Assembly: GCA_918797485.1 (NCBI GenBank)
Contig: CAKKNE010000001.1
Coordinates: 5,580,001 to 5,644,000 of the forward strand
From: Pelagomonas calceolata
Taxonomy: Eukaryota
Direction: 5' to 3'
Length of the DNA: 64,000 nt
Part shown: one piece after another, positions 31,374-41,984 of the stretch
Numbering within the stretch: position 1 is the stretch's first letter
Layout: each line of letters starts with the position of its first letter
The notes under the pieces: generated by a model
What the model saw: the letters and a program-made list of their open reading frames with translations, nothing else
Told to the model about the DNA's origin: nothing
The model's database searches: none
Translations under genes and position numbers: made by a program

Positions 31374-32384
31374 TTACTCCTCTGGCGGCGGTGCGTCGTC
31401 GCCGCCCTCCTCCGGCTCCTCCTCCTCCGGCTCCTCGGGCGGCGGCGGCGGTTTCGGCGGCTCGAGCTCCGGATGATAATTGCATCCATCAACGCAGCCC
31501 TGAATGACATCGTCGAGCACCTTCTGCGCGAGCAGCATCTCGCCCTGGAGCTGCTCCGCCACACCATTGATAAGAGAAGGCAGGAACTCCTTGCGGATCT
31601 CGTACTCCACGGGGTCCGGCCACGCGCCCCGGCTCTCAAAGTGCTGGAACGCAGCTTCAAAAATAGGGTCGACGTTCTGCGCCATGAACTCGACAGCACC
31701 AATTTTGCGAGCCAAATCGCGCTCGCGAGCCAAGCGCTGCTTGTGGTACTCCAGGTCCGACAGCTTCTGGGCCTCGTCGTCCATCGTCGCCTTCTCGAGG
31801 GCCTTGACCTTCGCTGCCTCCGCATTCTTCGCAGCGGTCAGCTCGTCGTTCCTCGCCTGGATGCCTTCTAATTCAAACTCCTGCTCCGCCTCCAGGAGAG
31901 CTTGTTCCAAAGTCTTCTCACAGAGGACGTCAACCAACATGTCTTCGCCCTCGCGGCCCTCGTCGAACGGCTGGCTCTCGGTCATGTCCGTCTCCACATC
32001 AATACCCGTCTTCGGCGGGACGTAGGGCGCCGGCGGCGGCTGCTCCAGGAAGCCGTCGGTCTGCTCGCTCGCAGTCGTTGTGCTCCGCTGCTCCTCGCGC
32101 TCGGTGAGGTACGGTGTCAGGTCGAGCGGCACATATCGCGGCGCGGGCACCTGGGCCTTCTCGAAGACGGTGGGCTCCCGCTTCTTGGCGCGCCGTCGCC
32201 GCGGGCGGCGCCTTGCGACGGCGTCGAGCGCCGAGCCCGCGGCAGGTAGGGAGTCGTCTCGATACAACGAGTGCGTCGATCCTCGTATTACCCTCGGGTC
32301 CGACATGAGCGTGAGGCCCTGGAGGTCCTCCTCATTGTACCGGGGGCGCTGTGTTCGTGTTGCTGTTTGCGTTGGGGCGACCAT
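31374..32384 (-). CDS. RSP3: Flagellar radial spoke protein 3
   Basis: MSDPRVIRGST, YLTE, QTD.FL, VPPKTGIDVET, KTLEQALLE and EFLPSL; start uncertain. Confidence 0.85.
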   Translation of the reverse strand: MVAPTQTATRTQRPRYNEEDLQGLTLMSDPRVIRGSTHSLYRDDSLPAAGSALDAVARRRPRRRRAKKREPTVFEKAQVPAPRYVPLDLTPYLTEREEQRSTTTASEQTDGFLEQPPPAPYVPPKTGIDVETDMTESQPFDEGREGEDMLVDVLCEKTLEQALLEAEQEFELEGIQARNDELTAAKNAEAAKVKALEKATMDDEAQKLSDLEYHKQRLARERDLARKIGAVEFMAQNVDPIFEAAFQHFESRGAWPDPVEYEIRKEFLPSLINGVAEQLQGEMLLAQKVLDDVIQGCVDGCNYHPELEPPKPPPPPEEPEEEEPEEGGDDAPPPEE

Positions 32385-32678
32385 GGTCGCGTCGCGGGGC
32401 AGCCCGGTGCTATCGGTCTGCGGGGCAGCCCGGTCCGCGCGTCTCGCGGTCGCTGGCGCTGCGGTGGCGTCTAGGGAGTCCGACTGAATGTCACTAGGCC
32501 CGCGGTGGTGTTTGGGCGTGCTTTTTGGGTGCTTTTGCCTTGGCAAGCGCCTCGCGCTAGGCCGGGGGCATTTGGAACGGACCTGAAGGCAGCCCGACAG
32601 GCGCGAACCGGCGACGACGGGCTCGGGAGGAGAGGTAACGCGACGCATCCTTCCCAGGTAGAATTCGTCGCACGGATC

Positions 32679-32702
32679 CTAGTGTCTTACAGGACGCTAA
32701 GC
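32679..32702 (+). promoter_or_regulatory. Conserved intergenic motif copy (CTAGTGTCTTACAGGACGCTAAGC)
   Basis: Near-consensus; divergent promoter region. Confidence 0.6.
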
Positions 32703-32950
32703 AACATCTTGGGTCGCGCTCTCCGCGGTTTTTTAGAGGCGCACTCCTCGCACCTGTGGTGGCAGCATCACATTTTGATTGCCAGAGATCACACGTTCCG
32801 CTTGCGCTTGCTTTTGCCGCGTAAAAACGCTTAGAAAGCGGAAACGCCGCCGGCGCTGTGCAGCGCTGCGAGTTACAGCACGCGCACGCATTTACTCACC
32901 GCCGCCGCGGCCCAACGAGACGCAGCGCTACAGCTGAAGAACTACAAAAG

Positions 32951-34420
32951 ATGCTGCACACCCTCGGCGCCCGCTTAGCGGACGCGGCGTCGAGCGCCGC
33001 GGACGGTCTGCTGGGCGGCCAGCCCTACGCGGCAAGACTCGCGAGGGCCAGCGTCAAGGCGGGCTACCTCCACGGTCTAGGCGAGAACCACCAGTGGAAG
33101 CGGCGCTTCTTCGTCCTGAAGCCGACGACGATGCTGTATTATTTCGGCAGCGACGCCGACGAGGAGCCGCTCGGCTGTGTGGACGTCGAGGCTTTCACTT
33201 CTGTATCTTGCAGAGAAGTGCATCAAGACGGCCGCGTGACGATTGAATTGGCGCGGGCCGCGCCGCCGGGCGCGGACAACGCCAAGCCCCTGATCTTCTC
33301 GTTGCGAGCGCCCGGCGAGAGCGAAGGCTACGGCTGGATCGACGCCCTCAAGGGGAGTTCCTACGCGCGCCTGAAAGAAGCGAATGAAGTGATGAGGCAG
33401 CAGTGCGACGATTTTGCTGCTGATATATCTTCCTTGGAACGCGCGGCGGCCGCCGCTTCAGAAGCGGAGCAGCAGGCGAAACGTTCAGCTTTGGCGGCCG
33501 ACGCGCGGCGCCAGCGCGTTCTAGATGGCGTCGCGTCGATCTATGAACGCGGCGTCGCGCAGCGCGACGACGTGAGGCCGCCCGTTCCCGGTGATGATGA
33601 TGCTTTATTGGCGGCCGTCGAGGCGTTGTTAGATGCTCATTCAGCAGATTTGGCCTCCCTAAAACAAGAACACGAGGCCCAGGCGGAAAAACGGCGAGAG
33701 GCGGGACAGCATTTGGCAGCGGAGCTCGCGGAGGCCCAGCAGCAAGCGAGAGACGCGCAGGCCGACGTGGCCGCGCTGCGGACGGCGAACGATGCGCTGC
33801 GGGCGCGCCACAAGCTCTTGGTGAGAGAGGTGAAGAAGAGCCGGTCCGCCCAAGCAGGGCCGCCCGCGGAAGACACCGACGAGGCGTCGCAGGAGGAGGC
33901 GCCGGCAGCACCGGAACCCGCCGTGCCGCCGTCGCCGGAGCCGGAGGACGACGAAGAGGCAGCAAGGGCGTCCGACGCGCGGCGCGCGGCCTTCCGCGCC
34001 GACATCCGGCAAGCGCTCGACCTGAATGTCGCGCGGACGGCGGCCGCGGAGTTCGAGCGCCAGGGCCTCTCGGCGCCGGACGACGACGCCGCCATTGATT
34101 CTGAAAAGCCCGACGAGTCTTGGTTAGAGACCGACGAGGACGCGCCGATCGCGGGCCTCCCGGGCGTGCAAGTACTAAAATACGAGCGGCCGACGATCGG
34201 CATCAACTTCGAGGTCCGCGAGGCGGCGTTGGTCGTGAGCGGCACGACGGACGCCTACGATGCTGCTTTGGAGAAACCTATCATAGGGAGCCGCCTCGCG
34301 GCGCTGAACGGCGAGTCGTGCGTCGGCGAGGCGCCGGACGTCGTCATGGAGCGGCTGCGCAACGCGAGCCGGCCGCTCGAGCTCGAGTTCTGGAGCCGTG
34401 GCGCCAAGGCGGCGAGCTGA
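32951..34420 (+). CDS. PH domain + coiled coil + PDZ-like protein
   Basis: KAGYL..WKRRFFVL..LYYF..WIDAL; C-terminal GSRLAALNGES..RPLELEF. Confidence 0.8.
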   Translation: MLHTLGARLADAASSAADGLLGGQPYAARLARASVKAGYLHGLGENHQWKRRFFVLKPTTMLYYFGSDADEEPLGCVDVEAFTSVSCREVHQDGRVTIELARAAPPGADNAKPLIFSLRAPGESEGYGWIDALKGSSYARLKEANEVMRQQCDDFAADISSLERAAAAASEAEQQAKRSALAADARRQRVLDGVASIYERGVAQRDDVRPPVPGDDDALLAAVEALLDAHSADLASLKQEHEAQAEKRREAGQHLAAELAEAQQQARDAQADVAALRTANDALRARHKLLVREVKKSRSAQAGPPAEDTDEASQEEAPAAPEPAVPPSPEPEDDEEAARASDARRAAFRADIRQALDLNVARTAAAEFERQGLSAPDDDAAIDSEKPDESWLETDEDAPIAGLPGVQVLKYERPTIGINFEVREAALVVSGTTDAYDAALEKPIIGSRLAALNGESCVGEAPDVVMERLRNASRPLELEFWSRGAKAAS

Positions 34421-34474
34421 CTAATGTGATCAAAGTGAATATTACATACTTCGCCAGCCGCCGCCGCGGAACAC

Positions 34475-35770
34475 TCAGATGTGTCGCGGTCGCGGCGCCG
34501 TCGTGTTCTGTCCGGGGGGCAGGCTCGTCTTCCAGCGGTCCTGGGGCGGGAGCGAGTCGGAGGAGCCCGCGGAGAGGAACTTGGCCTCGGTCTCCTGCCA
34601 CCGGTGGTTGTTGAGCGAGTCCGCTCGGATCAGCCTGTGTGTGGTATCGAGTCGGGATTTCCACAGACTCAGCTCTCGGTCGAGCAGGTGTCGCGTCGAT
34701 GGCGTGTGATTCGACGCGGGCCCGCGCGTGTGGAACTTGTCGCGCGGCCGCAGCATCGTCGGGTCCTCGGGCGTCGACATCGGCGACGGCAGCGACCCGG
34801 ACTCGCTCGCGTCGCAGACCACGCGGCTCTCGAGCGTGGACAGCTCCTCGAGCGCGACGAGCGAGTCCTCGCGCGTCGGGAGCTCGCCCGTCGGCGACAA
34901 CGACTCGCGGCGGCGCCTGGCGCGCGCGGGACACGTCGCGACGGGCGTCATCAGGCTGAGCTTCTGGAGCGACGGCGACCTGTGTGGACCGTCTCATCAA
35001 CCTCCGCGCCATCGAGCAGGAGTTAAAGAGAAAATGTAGCGCGCTGACGGCGACTCCCGGAAGAGTTGTCGGTGCTCCGCTTCCGCAAGTTTGTGAGCCG
35101 CGGCCGCGCTCTCGGCCGTGAGCTGGTGCGCGGCGCTTCCCTCGGCGTTCACCTGGGCGGCGACCTCATCATAAACGTGGCTCCAGTCTTCGCCGTCGCG
35201 GGACGCCTGCTTTTGATATTCAAAGATCTGATCGCGCTCCACCTTCTTCCGGATATTCCTAGCTTTCCGCGGGCCCAGAATGCTGGACTCGAGGGGGTCG
35301 ATGCCGAGGCCGCGTCGCGACTCGTCGGGGTCCGGCTTTTCAGAGGAAGTAATGCCCTTGAGCCGCTGTTTGGCCGCCTTGATCGCCAAGGAACGCCGCT
35401 CCTGAAACATGCGGTTGAACTCCTCCTGCTGGAAGTAGACCTCGTTCCGCAGGCGCGGGCCGTAGTCGTCGAGCGCCGGCGTACGCCGAGTGAACTTGTT
35501 GTAGTCCGTCGCCAAACGACCTCCGCCACTGGCCGTGCTTAAGTTAGGAACGGTCTTGGACACCAGCTTGATCAAACATTCCGCCCGCCGCTTTGCGCAC
35601 GCGACGCCCCAATCCCTGATGATCTCGCCCAAGACGCGACCGTATCCCGTATCCTTTGTCACTGCGTCCACATCGCCCTCCGACATAGCTTCCTTGCTTA
35701 TCGCCTCCGCACAGGCTTTCGCGTGATCCAACACGCTCGAGCTGGCCTCACCAACAGCCCCGAAGGCCAT
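34475..35770 (-). CDS. Hypothetical protein, probably 3 exons (introns ~34980-35054 and ~34635-34727)
   Basis: ORFs 34997-35770 and 34475-34951 share a frame, and the intervening stop lies inside a GT...CACACAG segment. The second segment is GC...CACACAG and in frame. Confidence 0.55.
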
Positions 35771-35832
35771 ACCAATGACATGGCCGCGGATCAGAAGACG
35801 CCATTCTCTCCGTCAAAGCTAATATCGCTGCC

Positions 35833-36279
35833 ATGTATTCCAAGCTGGGGCGGATTGATTCCGCCTTACAGATGGAGAAGGACGTATACTCCGGCCGTCT
35901 GAGGCTCAACGCAGAACAGAGAGAGACCCTCCTAGCAGCCAACAACTACGCGCTGTCCCTTTTTTCAGCAGAGCGCTCCGAAGAGGCCAAGTCGGTGCTG
36001 CGCAAGATGATGCCCGTGGCGCGACGCACTCTCGGAGAGAGTGATCAACTTGCACTCTCGATGAGGTGGTGTTACGCGGGTGCGCTCTACGGCGACCCTG
36101 GCGCCACGCTCGCCGAGCTCCGCGAGGCCGTGGAAACGCTCGAGAGCGTCGCACCTTTATGGAGGCGCGTCTTCGGTGATTCTCATCCCGAGACGCCGAG
36201 GATCCATGATGCGCTGGCAAATGCACGCGAAAGGTTCGCCCGTGCGGCCGCCGCGTCCGAGTCGGAGTCGCCGCCGTGA
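35833..36279 (+). pseudogene. C-terminal fragment of the same TPR repeat family as 19088-20011
   Basis: Shared motifs VYSG, ANNYA, PVARR.LGE, MRW.YA.AL, ATL..LREA and RRVFG..HP.T. Confidence 0.6.
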
Positions 36280-36623
36280 ACTAAGCTTCTCTGTGTTTTC
36301 TTAACCCACTCCCTGGAGCCGAATGGGTGCCGGGGAGTCGTCCATCAACCCCGACCGAGCCCCAGAGCGTCATGCTGCACCAAAAAGCAGCCCGGCGTCG
36401 CACGAGGCAACTAAAGCCCACGCGTGCCCACAGCTCGCGCGATCGCTGCAGCATCTTTTGACCACAATAGTCGCCAGCGCGAAAGCTCTCGAATCGCGCG
36501 CAACAATGGCTTAGAGCTGTCAAGCACAAGAGGCAACAGGCAGCAGCAAGCATCAATACAGGCGAGGCCGCAGCGGTGGAGCTGCCTTCTTGCTCCACCT
36601 TAATCTAAAAACAGGACAGCACC

Positions 36624-38480
36624 ATGGACAAGAGCACGCGCCACCTCCCCGCGAGACTGGCGCCCCTCTTCCACGGCGTCGGCACGATCATCCACGAGAC
36701 GGGCGTGGAACGAGCGGCGTCGACGGGCTACGTCGCCTCGGCCGCCGGCCCGCGCGAGGGCCTCAAGCGAAGCGACAGCCAGACGACCTTCGCCGACGAC
36801 GTGCGGCCGCCGACACCTCCGTCCCTCGAAGAGCACGACTTCGATCGTGAAAGATTAAAGGCGACGCGCGACCGGACGGACGCAGTCTGGGCCGCTTGTG
36901 CTGCCAGCGCGGGTAGTATGTGGGACGACGCGTGTATTCGAGCTAGAGCGGCGCTCGAGACGGAGCGCTATCGCGTGGACCACCACCGGGGGCCTCGCGA
37001 TACGTACGGGATTATTCGAAGTTTCTCGGCGGTTCACGACCGGCTGCTGTCAGCCTTGGCGGCGGCGTCGCGTAGAGCTTTTGAAGAATTACCGAAGCCG
37101 GTCCTGTTCCATTTGCTCTTCTTAAAGGCGAAGGAGGCGGCCATGGCGCAACGAGCCCACGGCGTCGGGGCGTTGGTGTCCCAGGAGCTCGTGGGAGAAG
37201 CGCGGGGCGCGATGCTCGCCGCCGGTGCTTCGTTCGCGGCCAAGGCCGAGTCGTGCGTGCTCTGTGCGCCTCGTAGTGTGGATGCGGATGAACTAGCTCG
37301 ATTGTTGGCCCCGCCCAAGGAATTGGAAGCACTGCAAGCTCGCTTACTGTTGAGAGCTACGCCTACCTCGCATGGTGGCGCCGCGGCCGGTAGAAGACGA
37401 GCTAAAAGATTTATGACTTTGATGACGGGCTGGATCGACGACTTGCATGCGCTAGGATTGGAGCTCGAGACGGCCGTGCTCGCACCGTGCTTGGAACCTC
37501 CGTCAAAAAGATCATTGCTAGGATTCTTGCGAAAGAACCCACCCACGGAAAATACGAGGGTCGTAGGACGACCGAAATCCGCCGTGGAGCGGGGCAATCC
37601 GGCCTTAGCAGTCACTGGTGAAAAAGAATTTGATGCGGAAGAAATAAAGCTGCGGGAGGAGATCGGGCAAGGCAGGGGCGGTCTTGTGCGGCGAGGTGTG
37701 TATCGGGGTAGGGATGTCGCGGTCAAGCTTGTTTTTTCCGAGGCGCTGGCTTCTACAAGACAAAGGGGCCCGTCCGAGCTGAGGACGGAATTTGACCGAG
37801 AAGTTGCTATGCTTAGACGTGTATCACATATAAATTGTGTCGCTTTTTTTGGTACGTTTGGTGATCCCAAATACGGCGCCCACGGCTTGGTCATGGAGTT
37901 TCTCAGGGATGGCTCCCTACAACAAAGGCTGGAGGCGCCGCATCTACCGTCGGTAGATGACGTCGCCTTGCAGTTGGCGGACGGCGTCGCGGCGGGCTTG
38001 GCGCATTTACACGGTGTCGGTATCCTCCATCGCGACCTCAAGCCGGCCAACGTGCTCTTGGACGGCGATCGAGCGAAACTTGCAGATTTTGGCTACTCGT
38101 CCGCGGTCGTCGGCGACGGGGCCGACCAGTCGGTTTGTGGAACACCTAGGTGGATGGCGCCCGAAGTCGTGTTCGGCCGACCTTATTCTTTCGGTGCTGA
38201 TGTCTACTCGTACGCTCTCATATTATGGCAGCTACTGGCCTGGGACCCGAAGCCGTATCTGGAGTACGGCAACGACATGAAGCGCTTCCTGAAAGCTCTC
38301 GATGGCGGCTCGCGGCCGGACGTCGAGGCCTGTCGGCGTCGAGGCGCGCCCGAGGTCCTCTGCGCGATGCTGGATAAGGCTTGGCAGAAGGACGCGGAGA
38401 AGCGGCCTGCCATGACGGCTGTTTTGGACGCCATCGACGCGGGGCGCAAGGCCGTCGCGGCCAGTTGGTCTCAAGTTTGA
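36624..38480 (+). CDS. Protein kinase, TKL-like
   Basis: IGQGRGG, VAVK, HRDLKPANVL, ADFG, GTPRWMAPE and ADVYSY. Confidence 0.9.
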   Translation: MDKSTRHLPARLAPLFHGVGTIIHETGVERAASTGYVASAAGPREGLKRSDSQTTFADDVRPPTPPSLEEHDFDRERLKATRDRTDAVWAACAASAGSMWDDACIRARAALETERYRVDHHRGPRDTYGIIRSFSAVHDRLLSALAAASRRAFEELPKPVLFHLLFLKAKEAAMAQRAHGVGALVSQELVGEARGAMLAAGASFAAKAESCVLCAPRSVDADELARLLAPPKELEALQARLLLRATPTSHGGAAAGRRRAKRFMTLMTGWIDDLHALGLELETAVLAPCLEPPSKRSLLGFLRKNPPTENTRVVGRPKSAVERGNPALAVTGEKEFDAEEIKLREEIGQGRGGLVRRGVYRGRDVAVKLVFSEALASTRQRGPSELRTEFDREVAMLRRVSHINCVAFFGTFGDPKYGAHGLVMEFLRDGSLQQRLEAPHLPSVDDVALQLADGVAAGLAHLHGVGILHRDLKPANVLLDGDRAKLADFGYSSAVVGDGADQSVCGTPRWMAPEVVFGRPYSFGADVYSYALILWQLLAWDPKPYLEYGNDMKRFLKALDGGSRPDVEACRRRGAPEVLCAMLDKAWQKDAEKRPAMTAVLDAIDAGRKAVAASWSQV

Positions 38481-38501
38481 AATGGTGATGTCGTGCCGCC
38501 A

Positions 38502-38688
38502 CCGTAAGAGCCACAAAGCTCCTGCGCCGGTCGGCGCGACTTGTACATAGACTGTGAATTGTCGCAATCACAAGCGCAAAATCTGAGCGACGCCGCGGCG
38601 TATGGCGTGCGTGTCCCCCCGTAGGAGCAACACAGCTCCTGCGCCGGTCGACGCGCTTGTACATATATTGTGAATTGTCGTAATCACA
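38502..38688. repeat. Imperfect ~70 bp direct repeat (38502-38572, 38619-38688)
   Basis: Both copies contain AGCTCCTGCGCCGGTCG..CTTGTACATA..TGTGAATTGTCG.AATCACA. Confidence 0.8.
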
Positions 38689-38694
38689 CTTCTC

Positions 38695-41492
38695 TTACTT
38701 ACTCACATTGCTCTGCGCGCGGTAGCGCTCCGCGACCTCCGCAAAGGTGGCCGCGTCCCGAACACTCTTGTCCGGCCGCTCGCGCAGGAACCGCGGGAAG
38801 CGGAGCGAGATGCCGCGCTGTGAATGCACGAGGCCCGCGGCGGCCTTGTGCACCGGTGACAGCGACAGGTCCGCGCCCTTGATCTCCCAGACGATCCGTG
38901 GTTCGAACCAAAAACGACACGTCTCGCCGGTCACGACTCCTGGCGCTGGTCCGTTGCGGAGCAGGCCGCCGCTCGGTCGTCGGTCGCCCACGATCTCGCC
39001 GCCTAGCACCCGCGTCGTGAAATCCCGGTAAAATACGTCCGTGAGCCCGCTCATCACACGACATACGCTTCCTAATGCGCCCGTCGCCGGATCTCTCGCA
39101 GCGACCAGGACCGGCGAGACCCACTTGTTCTTGCGTCCTTGCCCGCGCCACCCACCAATGACGACGAGATCGAAGCTATCGCCCAAGCCATCTAAATAAT
39201 CCTTCTTGAGCTTGACCCAGGCGTTGGAGCGAGGGCCCGCCGAGAACTCGTAGGGCGCGTCGAGCCGCTTCAGCATAAGTCCTTCGGTCCCGGCATCGAC
39301 AGCGTCGTGTAAAGCGCTCATGATCGTCTCCTCGTCGTCGTCTCCGTCAACGGTCACGTCCGCGCAACCGTCGTCGGCGTAGCAGACGTCTCGCGACGGT
39401 GGCCCGAACGCAGCCTTCAGCGCCCGGCGCCGCTCGACGAGCGGTCGCGACGTGATGTCCTCGGCTCCTAACCATAGCAAGTCGAAAATGGCGACCCTGA
39501 CTCGTACGTCCACGACCGCCGACGCGACGTCGACGCGCTTCCGCGTAGAGAGCTCCTGAAACGGGCGCGGCTTGTTGTCTTCGCCGACGGGGACGATCTC
39601 GGCGTCGAGGCAAAACGCGACGCCACGCGGCGCTGCGGCGTTCACGTACTCGACGACGTCCGGGAACTTGGCCGTCATGTCGTCGTTCTTGCGCGAGAAG
39701 ATGCGGACTTCACCCGACGCGGTACGATGGATCGCGGCGCGCTGGCCGTCGTACTTGCGCTCGACGGCGATGGCCGGGTATCGCCCGATGACCGTCGTTC
39801 CTTTCTTGTATTTCAAGAGGCGAGCGACGGCATCTTTCACAGAATTCGCGGGGTTCGCGAGCATGGGCGCCGGCGGCACGCCGGGCGCGAGGCAGCACGC
39901 GCGGCCGAGCGCCTCGACGAGCGCGCCGTGGAAATCTGATTCACCACCACGAATAACGCCGAGCACGGCGTCCGCGACGACCTCGACGTCGCCGCGCCGC
40001 GCGTAGGCCTCACGGATGCTCTTGCCGGCCCGTTGGAGGTCGGTCTTCGCAACACGTGGGCCCTTGCAGCGCACGAGAGCGGCCCGGCCCAGGCACGGCA
40101 GCACTGTGGCTTCCAGGGAGATCCCCACACCCTGCATCGCCGGCGGCAGCGTCTTGACGAGCCACTTCGCCTCGTGGCCCCGCGTCATCCGGACCTGTGT
40201 GGAAATCAACCACTGACGCCATCGAGCAGACGCAGTCACGGGGAAGACATCGCGTCGATGGCGTGGGGCGCCTGAAATGTGATTTCCACGCAGATGCGCA
40301 CCAGCGCCGCGATGCCGTCGACCTTCGCCCGGTCCGAGCGCGCCCGGCCGAGCGCGCGGAGGCTCGCGCGGACGTCCGCGGCGGCCCGCGACCGCGCGAC
40401 GGCCTGATTAGGCGCTTTAGCCTTGAAGAACGACGGCGGGCCGGCGCGCACGGCGACGACGGCATCCGCGAGGCCGCCCGTTCTCCGCGCGGCGGCTTTC
40501 AATGCTTCTGGCGAGGCGCCCGCGCCCGCCGCGCAGCCCGCCGCTATGGCCTTGGAAGGGAGTCCGAGCGCCACGTGCTGCCAGTCGGGCTCCAAACGGT
40601 GGCCGCCGCCTTGCGAGTCGCGCGTCGGAGCGAGGAGGTAACACAGCGCCGCGAGGTCTTGCGCGCTCGTCGTCGGCGCCGCCAGGCCCCAGCGTAAGGC
40701 GTTTGTTAAAGCGTTTTCCTTGGCCAAGCGGCTCCGCGTCGCGGAGACGGCGTCCAGTGCGCGCGCGACGATGGCATAGGCGGGCCGGCCATCTACTGAT
40801 AAGACGGCGTCGAGGCCGCGCGCCGGGTCGAAGTCCGGGAGCGCGTCGTCGACGGATGAGGGCTCGACGGTCGGCGTTTGTGGCGGCGGCGGCGGCGGCG
40901 GCGGCGCGGCCCGCGGCGGCGACGCCGACCGCGCGGCGACAATGTTCTCGCGCTTCAGCGCCAGCGTCCGGCCGTCGACCGTGACAGCGACGCGGCCGGC
41001 CGCGAGATCCGCCGGCGGCGCCGCGACGACGCCGCGGCGCCCGTTGAACTCGGCGTTTGATAAACCGACGAGCTCGACAGCGGCGCCGAGAGAGAGCCGG
41101 TACCGGCGCGGCTGCGGCGGCGGCGGCGCCTCGTCGTCGCTTGACCCGCGGAGGTCGACGACGACCGGTTCGCTGCGCGGCGACGCCGCCGGCGCCGGCG
41201 CCATCGCGGCGGCCGATGCCTCGTCCGGCGGGCCTTTGGGCGGGCGGCGGAAGTAGTCGGCGATGGTCGGGCCTTTTTGCGGCGACACTGACGAGCGCCG
41301 CCGCTTCGCCGGTTTCTTGGGCGACGGCGACGGGCGCCTCTTCGGCGGCGAGGGCCGCGCCGCCGGCGCCGGAGCGGCGGTTTCGGTGGCTTTGCTGCCG
41401 CCGCACATCGCGCACTGCAAGAAGCCGGCTTCACTTCCCTCGTGGCGGTAGGTGCAGGCTGGACAGGCCCACGGCGCTGCGAGCTCTGCCAT
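38695..41492 (-). CDS. ATP-dependent DNA ligase (ligase I family) with N-terminal RanBP2-type zinc finger; exons 40302-41492 and 38695-40194
   Basis: ERKYDGQR, EGLMLK, WVKLKKDY, DLVVIG and SLRFPRF motifs; WACPACT..CAMC finger; splicing of the introner gives AAL|VRMTRGHEAKW. Confidence 0.88.
40195..40293. mobile_element. Introner element (99 bp, non-autonomous TIR element)
   Basis: TIR CTGTGTGGAAATCA / TGATTTCCACGCAG; degenerate 8-bp TSD ATCCGGAC (40187-40194) / ATGCGCAC (40294-40301). Confidence 0.85.
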
Positions 41493-41984
41493 TGCTCGCA
41501 AATGCGTCAAAAAGCTCTCGTTTCTTCGACCGCAGCACACGCGCTGGCTATATTAGAGCACATTCGTCCAGTAATTCGTGTCGTGACGCTTGCGCAGCGC
41601 CTAAAAACAAATAAAAACAAAGTGACTTGGCTGCTCACTAGCTGAGACTCTCTAGCCAGGCCCCCCGCCCTTTTGCGTTTTAGTTCGGGCTTGAGAGGCC
41701 TGAAGGGAGGCGTTCACGACGCCCGACGACGCGTCGATGACTCCGTCCTGACGCCAGACATGGAATTTGGCCGCGGGGCAGATTGAGGCAAAGCACCGCC
41801 GCGCGCGACCTCCTGCACGCGGGGTAGGCGTACTGCTCGTCGCAGACGCTTTTGTAGACGACGTGCAACGTGTGCGCTTGGGAGCCTCGCTGCGCAGGGC
41901 CCTAGCAGCTAGGCTTGGACCTCAGCTGCACAAAGAAGAAGGGGCGCCGCGGCGTAGGGGCACCTCTTAAAAAAAGCTGCAAAG

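Noticed and set aside
40195..40301. Apparent frameshift pseudogenes (ligase here; also 18333 and 61711)
   Set aside because: Each break is resolved by an intron with valid splice sites.
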